Positions 1 to 12,520 of a stretch of DNA of 64,000 nt are shown piece by piece (positions within the stretch are counted from its first letter, which is position 1; the number at the start of each line of letters is the position of its first letter). The notes under the pieces were generated by a model. That model saw nothing but the letters and a program-made list of their open reading frames with translations, did not search any database and was not told the DNA's origin. Origin of the DNA: Amoebidium appalachense (Eukaryota; Protista; Ichthyosporea). A program made the position numbers and the translations under genes. The stretch lies in contig CAVNZM010000004.1 of NCBI GenBank assembly GCA_963693365.1, forward strand, positions 1,795,449 to 1,859,448, read 5' to 3'.

Positions 1-479
1 AATTTCTGTGTGTATGTGTGTTTGGGGGGGAGGGGGGGGGAGGAGTTGGGGTGGGTGGGTGGGAGTGGGTGGTGTGTGCGTGTCCGTGCATGTGTGCGTG
101 TGTGCGTGCGTGCGTGCGTGCGTCCATGCGTCCGTGCGTCCATGCGTCCGTGTGCGTCCGTGTGTGTGTCTGCCAATATTACATTCTGTTAATGTGTGCT
201 ATGCACTCTGTGTTGTGTTGTCCGTCGTGAGTGTGTTATTTGTAATTTGTAACACATTTTAACCCCCCCTCCTACCCCGCTCCCCCCCCCCCTTAGCTTA
301 ACTAATCACCATGCACCATCGGACGATTAGACGTGTGATCTGGCTCGTAAAGAGTGTTTCTCTTTTCCCCTCAACCCGGTGGTGATTATACCGAGATTTT
401 TTTTTCTTTGCACCCGATGCAGCACCAGGTGATGTGCTATTGGTGTACCAACTGACCACACGACCACATGTCCTTACAG

Positions 480-600
480 GCCGGCAACTGTTCGAAACAG
501 ACAAGAACATGGCTGCTTCAGATGCTGCGTACATGGAGGAAGGTGTGTGCTTGTGTTTGTGTGTGTGTGTGTGTGTGGGTGCATGTGGGTGTGGGTGGTG

Positions 601-633
<33 letters not shown>

Positions 634-1593
634 GCGCGCGCGCTGCACGTAGGCCAGGGGTTGCCTGTGCATGCCTTTTGGTGTAGGTGTAGGTGTGTGT
701 ATGTGGTTATGTGTGTGGAGAGGGGGGGTTGGGGGGAAGGGGGGGGGGAGGGGGGGGGGGGGGGAGGGGTTAATCTGGACACCGATGTGGTGTGGAGTGA
801 AAAAAGGTGGGAATTTGTGGGTCATAGTTGTGCAGGTTGTTTCGGGTTTCTTGATTATTTCGTTTCCCATAAACTGCTTGTCCCCGTATTTCCTTCTCTC
901 TCTCTCTCTCTCTCCCTCCCTCCCTCCCTCCCTCCCTCCCTCCCTCCCTCCCTCCCTCCCTCCCTCCCTCCCTCCCTCCCTCTCTCCCTCCCTCCCTCCC
1001 TCCCTCCCTCCCTCCCCCCCTCCCTCCCTCCCTCCCTTTCCCCCTCCCTCTCTCTCTCGCTCTCGCTCTTGCTCTCTCTCTCTCTCTCTCTCTCCCTCCC
1101 TCCCTCCCTCCCTCCCTCTCTCTCTCTCTCCCCCCTCCCCCCCCCCCCCCCCCCCCCCCCCACCCGCCAACACCACCCCGGCCGCCGCCGCCACTGCCAC
1201 TGCCACCACCCACCCACCCACTTTCCGACCCACCGCCCATGTTGCCACACTCCGTTTTTCACCTTGTGTTTACCCTATTGTATCTTCACACACTAAATTC
1301 GGCCTTATTATATATCAATACACTGAAAATCACCTCCTCATATATCAAACACTTAAACTTACATTTTTATATATTCAAACACTTGAATTTACTTTATTAC
1401 ATCTCCTTACAAAACATTTACCGTATTGTATTTTCAAAACACTGAAACTGACCCAATTATCTCGTGTGTAGGGGACGAGGGTATCGATGTTGCAGCCGAG
1501 AGGGCGCTTGCGGCGCAGGAGGGTGAGGTGGACGTGGATGAGACCCTGTTTGAGGATGACGTGCAGCTGGAGTTCAGCGACGAGGACGACTAG
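480..1593 (+). CDS. RWDD1: RWD-domain protein 1 / Gir2 (DFRP2), last two exons; 5' part lies outside the window
   Basis: Exons 480-542 and 1472-1593 (AG/GT bounded, in frame) give GRQLFETDKNMAASDAAYMEEG-DEGIDVAAERALAAQEGEVDVDETLFEDDVQLEFSDEDD*. This matches the DFRP C-terminal motif of RWDD1 (G-K/R-QLFETD...VDESLF...acidic end). Confidence 0.8.
1277..1452. repeat. Degenerate ~30-bp AT-rich tandem repeat just upstream of a 3' splice site
   Basis: Units such as tattatatatcaatacactgaaaatcacct / cctcatatatcaaacacttaaacttacatt / tattgtattttcaaaacactgaaactgacc, ending about 20 nt before the AG at 1470-1471. Confidence 0.6.
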
Positions 1594-1808
1594 CGCTATA
1601 TTTAGTTCATTGCGCTATTTATAGTGTCATCGTGACGGGGCCGTTGGGTGGGTGGGTGGGTGTGGACGGGGGGGGGGGGGGGGGGGGGGGGGCTTTATTC
1701 TTCTTACTGATCGAAGGTGTGGAGCTTGCTCCCTTTGGTGTTCTTTTGTGCTTTGATTCGTCGTTGACGTCTTCTTCTTCTTCTTCTTTCTCTTCTTGTT
1801 GATTTTTT

Positions 1809-1858
<50 letters not shown>

Positions 1859-2053
1859 ATTGTGGTGATCTTTGTGCAATAAGTAGATCATGTTGTGGTT
1901 GCTGTTCGATTTACAAATTTATATTGCCCTTCTGATTGGGTAATCGTGTGTGTATCGCTGATAAGGGTACCTTGGGTCAGCAAGTACGTGAATGCATCCA
2001 CATGCATACCGACACATCTGTGCACCCACACACGTGCAGACACGCACACTACC

Positions 2054-2133
<80 letters not shown>

Positions 2134-2755
2134 CAGCCATTGATCTTGTTTACTCGCGTCATACTGTGCACGCATGCCCGTATTACACAATCTGTGAACT
2201 GACCGAGACATGATAGGATTGTCCGTGTTAGTCTGTACATGCACACAGTTCAACTTGTGCAAGTGACAAAGGTTTCTTGTGCGTTTTCAGGTTTTCTATT
2301 TCCCCAGAAAGCAATGGTATCACTGGCATGCACCGGTTGCATGCATCTCAAAATCCATTGTCACATAGACATGAGACCTCGTGTCAACCATAGTACATAA
2401 TATGGCGCTACCTTCCCCTCCCCCGCAACAGTAGTAAAACATCCTTCTCCCCTGTCAAGTTGCTCAGTCCGTTAGTGGGGTCCCAAAACGTTAAATACCC
2501 ATCATTTGCCAACGCTGTAGACATAGTCAAACACAAGTTCTATCACTGACGCCGCGCTTCACGTGCACGCCTCTGTGGAAAAACCAGCCGCCTGTTTTTG
2601 GTACGTAAAACCCAACCAAATCGGTCCCTCCCCCCCCCCCTCCCCCCCCCCCCCCCCCCCCCTTTCCACCTTGCATGCATTATTCTACCCCACGGCTCCC
2701 ACGACACATACACACTTCAATCCCATGCGCACAACATGGATACACAAAAGTATGT

Positions 2756-3301
2756 TCACCCCTCCTCCTCCCCATCATCCACAATGCGCAGAGCAACTAC
2801 CCTGCGTGGGTCCTTCACACAGTGTTCAGATCGGCGCACAGACGTGCCAGGCGGTGCATGTGCCGTGTCAGAGTGTGTCTGCCAGTTGTCTCCTGCAGCC
2901 CTCACCACGTGCACACGACCAGGCATCACAAGCACCTGGGAGCCAATGGGTGGAGCAGGTTGGTTACTGTATATGGAAAGAATGTTTGGAGGCCAAAGCA
3001 CTACACACGTCCGCATGCTAGCACTAGTTCCGAACCCTCAACTTACTGGTTGGGAAATGATTTACGAATTTGATGGTGATGGTATCGTGTATGGAGCCAA
3101 CTTTTTTGTGGTGAAATAAAGTACAACATGGCAAGGATTGCTGCAAGTGCACATAGGAGGGCAAGTGGCACCCAATGAGAACTATCGCAAAAGTTCATAA
3201 ATTGGTTGCGTATTTGTGTTTGTTAGTGTGTTTGTTTGTGTGTGTGTAGGTGGAGGTGGCGGTGGCGGTGGCAGCGATGGTGGTGGTGGTGGGTAGTGGA
3301 A

Positions 3302-3343
<42 letters not shown>

Positions 3344-3578
3344 GGAGGAGACGAAACTATGGGGGACGCATGCATACCTCGATCAGCACATCGCCAAAGG
3401 CCTTTGCCTTGCTCCTATCCTCCGTCACATACACCCCCGGCCCAAACATCCCACCGGAACTGGGCCGGAATCCCTCCTGGAATATAGCCCGGGCGGTATC
3501 GTGGCTGGGAGTGCCGTGATACATGATGACAGTGTGGCAGCCAAATTGGGCACGGTGCCCACGACGACCACACGTGTG

Positions 3579-3636
<58 letters not shown>

Positions 3637-4440
3637 AGGGGGGGGGGGGGGGGGGTGGAGAGATGAGGAAGGAGGGGGGGGGGGGGCGGGGGGAGGAGGA
3701 GTGGGCGGAGGAAAGGTCAATAGACGGCAGGGGGCAAAGGGGGACGTAGGATGGTTATGTGAAGATAATCGGTGCCAGTTTGTGTCCAAACTGGGAAAAC
3801 AGGTGGGATGGGGGAGCGGGGAGAGGGGGGGGGGGAGGGGGGGGGGGGGGGGGGGGTGGCAGTTTTGGTGGGTAAGAGCAGTCACTTGAAAGTGATAATA
3901 TGAAGTGAGCGCTAGAAAACACTACTGGTGCTTGGGGGGTCAGCCCATCAGAAACTATGGGGTGGATTCGGACGTATCCACCGGTGGCGCCACGACGCAG
4001 CATAGCAGCCGTGGCGGTGCCTGTAAGTGGCATAAATTTATATGTTTGTGTGTATATTTATATAGTAATCATATTTATTATCTTATATATTTGCACTATA
4101 TTCATACTTCATAACATATATTCATAAAAATTATATAATTTTCATACACTATTAGCGCTTCGCCTCGATTTTGGAATTTGGCGCAGTGGCTCAGATCAAT
4201 CAAGCCAACCAATCAGACAGCAGGAAACTTTGGTCCGGGCGGCCCGGTATCGGTGCCCATGTCGCCATTTTCACCACCGGCGGATACGTCCGTATCCACC
4301 CCATAGTGAAGCAGAAAGATGGGTTCGTATGTGTGTGGGTGGGGGAAGGGAAATAGGGAGACGGTGTTAAAGGCCAGGGGGAGGGGGGCGGCGATGGGGG
4401 GACCGGAGGGAGACAGGTTGTGTGTGTGGGGGGGGCCCAG

Positions 4441-4471
<31 letters not shown>

Positions 4472-5289
4472 ACAGGGAAGAAACAGAGAGGGGGGGGGGG
4501 GGGGGAGGTTACTTGTGACGGCGAGTGGTGTGTGTGGTACCACCACACAGCACACAGGGGGGGTGACGATAAGCAGTCAGATGTTTTTCATCAGCACGGT
4601 AACACCCAACCCCATGCATGCAGGGGGGGCAGGGTAAAGCCCCCCCTCCTTCCCTACCTCTACCAAACCCTTCACCCCCTTTGCCCCCTTGCTGGTGACG
4701 TCACATTTTTCACTGTGTTCACCGGTCCCCGTGGCGCATTCCTTGCAGCACGTGGTGAACCCTTGCTTCCGATTTGCCGGACGGCGGCAACCAATGGCAG
4801 CACAGGGACGGAGGATCACGTTTCCTGTTGGGTGGGTGGCTGCATGCAGGCGGGAGGTACATTCCTCAGTGTGTGTGGAGGTACCTTCGGCACAGCCACG
4901 GCAGCAGGTCGAAAACCCACGGGGGTTGGCGCCCTGCAAATAGTCATTGACACTCGGTTGAGACGTGCATGTTTTGATCATAAATTTCTTTCTACCATAA
5001 ATGCCGTAGGGATGGACACTTTGGCATCCCCCTCCCCCCTCCCCCCCCCCCCCCCCCCCCCCCCCCCCTCTCTCCCTTCCTCCCCCCCTCTCTCCCTTCC
5101 TTCCCCCCTTCCTCCCTCCCTCCTTGGATGACTCTGAATAGAAACATCAAAAATTTGGGTTCCGTTGCTTAACAATGCCCAATCATTCTCAAAGCCCCTA
5201 GCCAGTGCAGTGGGTTTCCTCTTATCTCAAGCCCCCTCTCTCTCTCCCCCCCCCCCCCCCCCCCCCCACACACACACCCTTTTTTTTTT

Positions 5290-5339
<50 letters not shown>

Positions 5340-6654
5340 AGAGAGAGAGCCGGGAGGAGGGGGGGGGGGGGGGGGCTTGAGGTAAAAGCGAAAACCAAGC
5401 GCTTCTGCACATAGAGATAGGCAGTATGCGCGGATTGAGGAAGTAAGCAATGGCACGGGTAGTTGTACGTGAAGGCGGGGGGAGGGGCGTGCAGGCCGGG
5501 TTTGCCCGGGGGGAGAAGGGGGGGGGGAGGGGGAGGAGGTGGGAGGGGTGGGGGGGGGGGGGGCACACATACATGAGTAGTGTTTGCGGCCCGGCCACAC
5601 CCCATCAGGCACGGGTGGGCCCTTGCCACCCCCCTGAGTGTGTAGTAAGCATCAAACCCCCTCTTGATGAGTCTTTGGCCCCTCTTGCATGTGGCTGTGT
5701 GTGCCTCATCCCCCCCACACCCCCCACAGCATGTGGTGTGACCTAGGTCATAACGGGCTAGACGGGTGCAGCCCAGGTGGGAGCAGAGGGCGGAGATGGT
5801 GGTTGAATCGACGATTTGTGAGCGGCCAATGGGCTGCAAGGGATAAAAAATCAAAAAATAGGCCGGAATGGGGTTTGTGTTGAGGGTTGAAGATGAAGTG
5901 GGGGATAGAATTTGGATTAAAGCTGAATACCATATCAACATCACAGCTCCTATCACCTCTTTTCTTTTTATTTTCTAAGTTGCAGGGGGAGGGGGGAAGG
6001 GGGGGGGAGGGGGGGGGGGGGGGGGGGGGTTTAGTGGTTTTTTTTAGTATGAACTTTGTTCGGAGAAGTGGGAGGGTGGGGGGGGATTCTGATTGGAAGG
6101 CTGGGAGAGTGGTCCTACAAAATCGTCAACTTGGGTGTGTTTTTTTTTTTTTGGGAAGAATGGGGGGGGGGGGGGGGGGGGGGGGGGGGTGTATGTATTT
6201 GCGCGTTTGTGTGTGCGTGTGTGTGTTGGGGAGGCGGCGGCGGCGGCGGGCGGGGGGCCGGGGGGGGGGGGGGGGGGGGGGGAGAGAGAGGGGCGGAGTT
6301 GGGGGGTAATGGATGCGCATATTTCATACCTGGCTGAGAGCGGTCTGCAGGATTGAGTCTGTGTCTGTCCCCCAGCCATGCACCCGTGCCTCACACTTGA
6401 GATCGTGGCCCTGGTGGGTGGGACACACACGGCAGCAGTAGAGCCCATGCGGTGTGTTGGGGCTACGTGGCCTCTCACACCTGAGGAGTGGGTTAAACCC
6501 AGTGTTAGAAGGGTTAGAATGGGTTGAAGAGGAATGACACGGGAGGGGGGGGGGGGGGGGGGGGGGATGCGTAGATTGTAGATAAAGTGAGGGACGGACT
6601 TGGATTATGGGACTGTAAGGGCGGAGCAGGAGAGGAGGGGCGGCGGCGGTTGCG

Positions 6655-6687
<33 letters not shown>

Positions 6688-7306
6688 GGGGAGGGGGGAG
6701 GGGAGGGGGGGGGAGGATCAGACAATGGCAAGCGGCCGGAACGTGTTGGTGGTAAGCGTGAGAACAAAAGAAAAATGGGGGGGGAAGGGGGGGAGGGGAA
6801 GTGAGCTCAGGTCATGTGCAATAGGGATGTTGAGCACAACAAGAACTGGGGGAGGATAGAAGTCTAGTTCCAAAGCCTTCGCATGAGCCCTTTTTTAACG
6901 ACACTGTTACAGGTGATTATCCATTCCCCCCCCCCCCCCTCCCCCCACCAAAAAAAAAAAAAAAAAAACTCACACAAAAAAGAAACAATTTGCGACAACT
7001 TTAAAACGGAAAATCTTGAACGGCAATAGTTATGGCCTGTTGGTTGCATTGGCTGGTGCACAATGCTCATTACACGGTGATATAACATCAAACTTTAATC
7101 CTCTACACCCGTACGTTTAATGTGGTTTAGCCTGCTTTCCGCAAGGTTGTTGCTTTTAGTGGGGCCGTCCGGGAAAGGGGAGAGGGGAGAAGGGGGGGGG
7201 GGGGGGGGGGGGGGTCTTCAGCTGGAAAGCATTCCTACCATGTTCACAGGTGTGTTAGGGATACTAAGTCCTCACACATTTGGTCCTTTTCACTGGTTTG
7301 TCAAGC

Positions 7307-7337
<31 letters not shown>

Positions 7338-7874
7338 TTCTGGTAGGAATGCTTTCCAGCTGAAGAACCCCCCCCCCCCCCCCTCCTCCCACACAAAAAA
7401 AGAAAAAAAATAGATAAATGAAAAATAGAAAATAAAAACGTCTGCACAGGACACAGACACAGCCATCACTAAAACCTTCCCCCCCCCCCCCCCTCCCCCT
7501 CCCCTCCCCCCTCCCCCCCCCCCTCTCTCTTTACCACAAAAAGGAATAAAAAAAATTTAAAATGAAAAATGAAACGAGAAACAAAATAGCAGCAACAAAG
7601 AATAGCGAGAAGAAAAAGAAGAAGAAAGAAACAGAAAAGAAGAACGATGATGACCGTCTGAGTGTTTCTTCACAGCCACCCATTTCTAACGAACGAGTGT
7701 TGATTATAGTTTTCGTTATCGCGTTTTATTAACACTATACTCCACACCAGTGCAGCTCCGGCTAAAAACCGAGATACGATATAATCCCCCCCCCCCCCCC
7801 CCCCCCCCCCCCTCCCCCCCTCCCCCCCCCCCCCCCCAAAAAAAAAAAAAAAAAAGCCTGAGAAAGAAAGAAAA

Positions 7875-7913
<39 letters not shown>

Positions 7914-8303
7914 GACACAGAAAGAAAGAAAAATAGAAAGAAAGAAAGCCTAGAAAGAAAAAGGAAAAGAAAAGAAGAAGAAGAAGAAGAAGAAGAAGAA
8001 GAAGAAAAGGAAAAAGAACGAAAAAAATCTTGCCTAAGAGGCGTATAGAAGACGCAAGCAAATCCAAAACAAAAGCTCTGTTCAACCCCATACCCACCTC
8101 TTGCACACCCACTCAAAGTCTGCAGCCAGGCCCTTTTTACGTCTTGCCTCGGCCTTTTCCACCGCTGCCACACGGGCATAATGCCCCCTAGGCTGCCCCT
8201 TGCTGCTCGACACACCCACAGATATGCCTGCTCCCGGTGCCATGCCCTCAGGCGAGGGCGAAAAGGTTGGGTTTGTGTGGGAGCTCGATGAATTTCCCTC
8301 CAT
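2756..8303 (-). CDS. Gig2-like (PARP-fold, H-Y-E) ADP-ribosyltransferase with four N-terminal Cys/His repeats and a CCHC knuckle-like motif, ~434 aa
   Basis: Seven exons: 8303-8098, 6480-6330, 5833-5573, 4933-4658, 3911-3886 (26-nt microexon), 3582-3378, 2935-2756. All introns are GT-AG and phases are consistent (1305 nt). The C-terminus IMYHGTPSHDTARAIFQEGFRPSSGGMFGPGVYVTEDRSKAKAFGDVLIEVLVMPGRVHVV...DTAHAPPG...RSEHCVKDPRRV follows the Gig2 pattern MYHGT..GF..S.GGM.G.GVY...KA...DTA..PP...E.CV.DP.R. Confidence 0.8.
3954..4307. mobile_element. Non-autonomous DNA transposon (MITE), 354 bp
   Basis: 36-bp terminal inverted repeats at 3954-3989 and 4272-4307 (33/36 identical, ACTATGGGGTGGAT.CGGACGTATCC.CCGGTGG.G), flanked on both sides by GAA (3951-3953, 4308-4310), a candidate 3-bp TSD. 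The interior is AT-rich and non-coding. Confidence 0.75.
7215..7366. repeat. Perfect 26-bp inverted repeat, extended outward by a G-run and a C-run
   Basis: tcttcagctggaaagcattcctacca (7215-7240) is the exact reverse complement of tggtaggaatgctttccagctgaaga (7341-7366). Confidence 0.85.
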
Positions 8304-9030
8304 TTTGTGTTAGTACCCTAGACTCCGCAAGACTCGGATATGTGCTTGTACGTGTGTGTGCAAACGTGCTAACTTTAGCTGCAGATGTAAATATAGGTAT
8401 GATAATAGTACCTCGTGCACGTGAGTGTAGAATCGAATTTGTACAGGATTACTCGACGGTGTAACTGAAAAACAAGAAAAGAAGAATTGAAACTGGGAAA
8501 AGTGTGCACGTAGTTTTTGTTTCAACGGATTTTTTGCGGTCTTTGTGCGCATGCAAAGCCCAGAAGCTTCGGTGTGAACCTTGTACGTCAGCCATTTTCT
8601 CTTTATTTGGTCCTCCCTCCATGTGCTCTGTAGTATACGTAAGTATCGTGTTTTTGAAGTGTTTTTGAACAGTTTCAGGCCCCAGGTCGGCGAAGTTGAG
8701 GTTCGCCTGGCTGCCATTGGCACATGAGCCGCCTCCCGCTGATTGGTGTTCACGTTTGCGGGTTTACCTAGTATGGCAACCTTTGTTCTAAATATAGTAA
8801 GTAAACACAATGCTCTTAACCATATTTGGCTACACAGTGCTTCACACAGAGCGGCAAGGCTGAGCACACTAAGCCAGGCTTCGGAAGTGTTCACTAATAT
8901 TAGACTGTACGTTAGCACACGAAAACAGGACGCAAACAACACGCGGGCCACCCCTCCACCTTCATGCTGAGCACAGGAGTCCGGCCCACGCTTTTGGGCC
9001 GTCGCTTTGCAGTAGCCGTTCTTTCGTATG

Positions 9031-9077
<47 letters not shown>

Positions 9078-9146
9078 ACCCGCCCGCCCGCCCCCCCCCC
9101 CCCCCCCCCCCCCCCCCTCCCTCGCCACCGTCCTCCCCGCGGCTGC

Positions 9147-9184
<38 letters not shown>

Positions 9185-9998
9185 GCCCAACTTGGCAACG
9201 CACACACAGAAGGCAACACACCTGCATGCACGCACGCACACATGGAACACACGAGCGCACGCACGCACGCACACAAATACACATGCACACATACGCACAC
9301 ACACGCACACACAAACACACGCCAGACACGCACACACACGCACACACACGCACACACACACGCACTCGCACACACACTCCATACACACACGCACACACAC
9401 ACACACACTCAGGTCTCTGTTGCCCGGTCTTATCCCCTTCTTCATACATACCCCTGCTTCTCTTACTTTGCACAAGCGTTCCCAGCTTGAAAGATGCCTT
9501 ACATGACACAGCCAAGTTTACAGCAGTACACATGGTCCACAGAGGCACACACCACACCTAGACCCCTCCCCCCTTCCCCCCCCCCCCAAAAAAAAAACAA
9601 AAAAAAAGACAAAAAAACAAACAAACTTGATTCCCTACATACGGGCCCAACCCTGAATATGGGAACAACACGCTCCTCAACTTTTGTAGCCATCAGCTTT
9701 ATTTTTCCTCAGTACTAACGGATATATGGACGCATCACACGTCCTCCTAAAGCTTCTTTTGACGCTGCAAATTCCACACTTTCAACCCCCCCTTCCCCCC
9801 TCCCCCCCCCTCACCCACCCAAACCCCCCCCCCCCCCCCCCCACCACCACCACTTATAGTTTTTTTGGGGGGCATGAGTTGGCGGAAGGGTGAGAGGGGG
9901 ATTTTTCCGGGGGTGGGTGGGTGCGGGGGGTGGGGGGAGGGAAAGGGGACAGGCGGGAAATGCCAATGACCTGAAGACTTGTGTCAAGCAGACGCAAC

Positions 9999-10756
9999 AT
10001 GCACCGGGCACCAGAACCATACACCCCGCCAGAATGGGCTGCACACCTGCCCAGCCCACCCACACGCATACGGATGGCACAGTTACCCACACCCGTGCAC
10101 GAGTGGAATCTACCTGGAAAACCGGATGGGTTCAATGTTTACATCAAGAGAGATGACTTGACTGGTTCAGCTCTTAGCGGCAATAAGGTGTGTATTGGGA
10201 TGGGGGAGAGTTGCCTTGGGTGAGGAATGGATGATTGAGAGAGTTTGTGTGAGGTTGTGCGTGTGTTCTTGGGTGCATGTGTGCATTTTGAAGGGTATCG
10301 GACGGGGACGGGAATAGGCTGTGGGTGGTTGCTAATCGTGGATGGGAATGTGTACGTGTGTGTGCACGTGAGTGTGTGTGCACGTGTGTGTGTTTGTGGG
10401 TAAGGATGTGGTTGGAGTAGCACTCGTGGTGTTGGGGGTGGATATAGTGTGTGTGTGTGTGTGTATTTAGGGGGGGGAGTGGGGGGGGGGGGAGGGGGTA
10501 GGAGAGAGAGAGAGAGATTGAGAGAAAGTGGGGAGGAGGGGGCTGGGAGAGGGGAGAGGGGAGGGGGGCAGGTGGCGAGGGGAAGGGGCCGGATACCGCG
10601 AATGAATGAGTGCAAGTTTTTTATTTTTTTATTATTTTTATTTTATTTTTTTTGGGGGGGGGGGGGAGGGGGGGGGGGGGGGGGTGGTTACTAAAGTGTG
10701 TGGCCTTTCCAGATGTTTCTTTAGGTAAGATTACACCAAAACATTGTTCTCCAGGG

Positions 10757-10790
<34 letters not shown>

Positions 10791-11941
10791 AGGGGGAGTG
10801 GTACTCACAGAATTTTTCGGACATACTGGTAGCTGTCTGCCCAACATTCGCCGGAGTCTGTGCCTTCCCCTCCCCTCGCTCTCCCGCGCCGTGGGTCCGG
10901 GGGGAGGGGGGGGGGGAGGGGGGGGGAGGGGGGGCAGGGGGATATGTTGGAGCGGGGGAGGAGAGGGTGGGGAAGAGAGTGGGAGAAACAGGCAAATATC
11001 TGTGATCTGACCCACCATGTTCAGGTGCGTAAACTCGAGTTTCTGATGGCGGATGCCCTATCCAAGAAATGTGACACAGTGATCACATGTGGTGCCGTGC
11101 AAAGCAACCATGCTAGGGCCACGGCTGTGGCTGCTAGAGAGCTCGGCATGTCTGCCCATTTGATGCTGCGTTCTGACGATCCAAACAATGCTGATATAGG
11201 CTCAAGCGGTAGCCTCCCCCCCCCCCTCCCCCCCCCCCCCCCTCTCCCGCCCCCGCCCCTCTTCTCTCTTTCTGCTCCTGCCACCCCCCTCTCCCCCCCC
11301 CCCCCCCCCCCCTCCCCTCCCCCCCCCCCCCCCCCCCCCCCCCCCTCTCCCCCCCCTCCCTCCCTCTCAACCCTTAATCCCGTTTTATATTAAGCCGTGA
11401 GGTCAACACAATCAACCACCATTCCTGGCACCGACGACTCCATTTTGTTGCTCTGCATGGCATTTCAAGGTTTGCCAAAGTCTATGTAGTGTTGGGTGAT
11501 GAAGGAGCTACCGTGTGCCTGTTGTCAGCAGGTGATTTGATAGAAGAGAGTGTGCCTACTCCCAGCCGGTGGGTGGGTGGGTGGTGGTGGTGGTGGGGGA
11601 AAGGGGGGGAGGGGGGAGGGGGGGAAAGAGAGAGAAAGGGAGAAGGGGAGAACGGGAGAGAGAGAAGGGACTGGCCGGGGGTGGGGGGTGGGGGGTATAT
11701 GGGAGGGAAAAAAACATTAGGGCCGAGGGTCCCATTTGTGGGGCGGGCTGCGGGGGAGGGCGGGAGAGGAGGAGGGGCTGGAATTAAGGGTTACTAGACG
11801 GAGGGGAAAGGGTTAAAAAGCAGTATAGTCAACGATTATATGGCCAACCACCAGTTCGTGTGTGTGTGTGGGGGTGGGTGGGTGGGTGGGGGGGGGGGGG
11901 GATGAAGGGGAGGCTGGGGAGGAAGGTGTGTGTGTGTGTGG

Positions 11942-11972
<31 letters not shown>

Positions 11973-11999
11973 TGGTCTTAGGAGGGAGGTGTGTGTGTG

Positions 12000-12088
<89 letters not shown>

Positions 12089-12481
12089 GCGCGTGTGTGG
12101 GCGCATGTGTTTATGTGGTTTGTGTGTGCGTGTGTGCATGTGTCTGTCTCTCTGTCTGTTGTCTCTCTCTCTGTGTGTGTGGAAATGGGTGTGTGTCTTC
12201 TTGTTTCACCCTAGGGACTCAAAAACAAAAAAAAAACTGACCGGCTGGTGTGTGGCAGCGCAGGCAATATCCTACTAGACCGCATGGTAGGGGCCAGCAT
12301 CTACTTGGTGCCCCGAGTACCGTACCTCACTGGTCTACTGCCCCGTATGGAGTATCTGGCATCAACACTGCAAGAGAAGGGACATAGGCCGTATTTGATT
12401 CCCGTGGGGGGGTCAAATACGGTGGGCCTGTGGGGTTACTTCGAGGGTATGAGGGAGATTTTGGAGCAGGTGGGTGGGTGT

Positions 12482-12520
<39 letters not shown>

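Noticed and set aside
8773-9530. Possible upstream coding exons for the D-cysteine desulfhydrase (MATFVLNI|gtaagt; acceptors at 9412 and 9991)
   Set aside because: I could not build a phase-consistent, stop-free path to the exon at 9992/9999; left unresolved.
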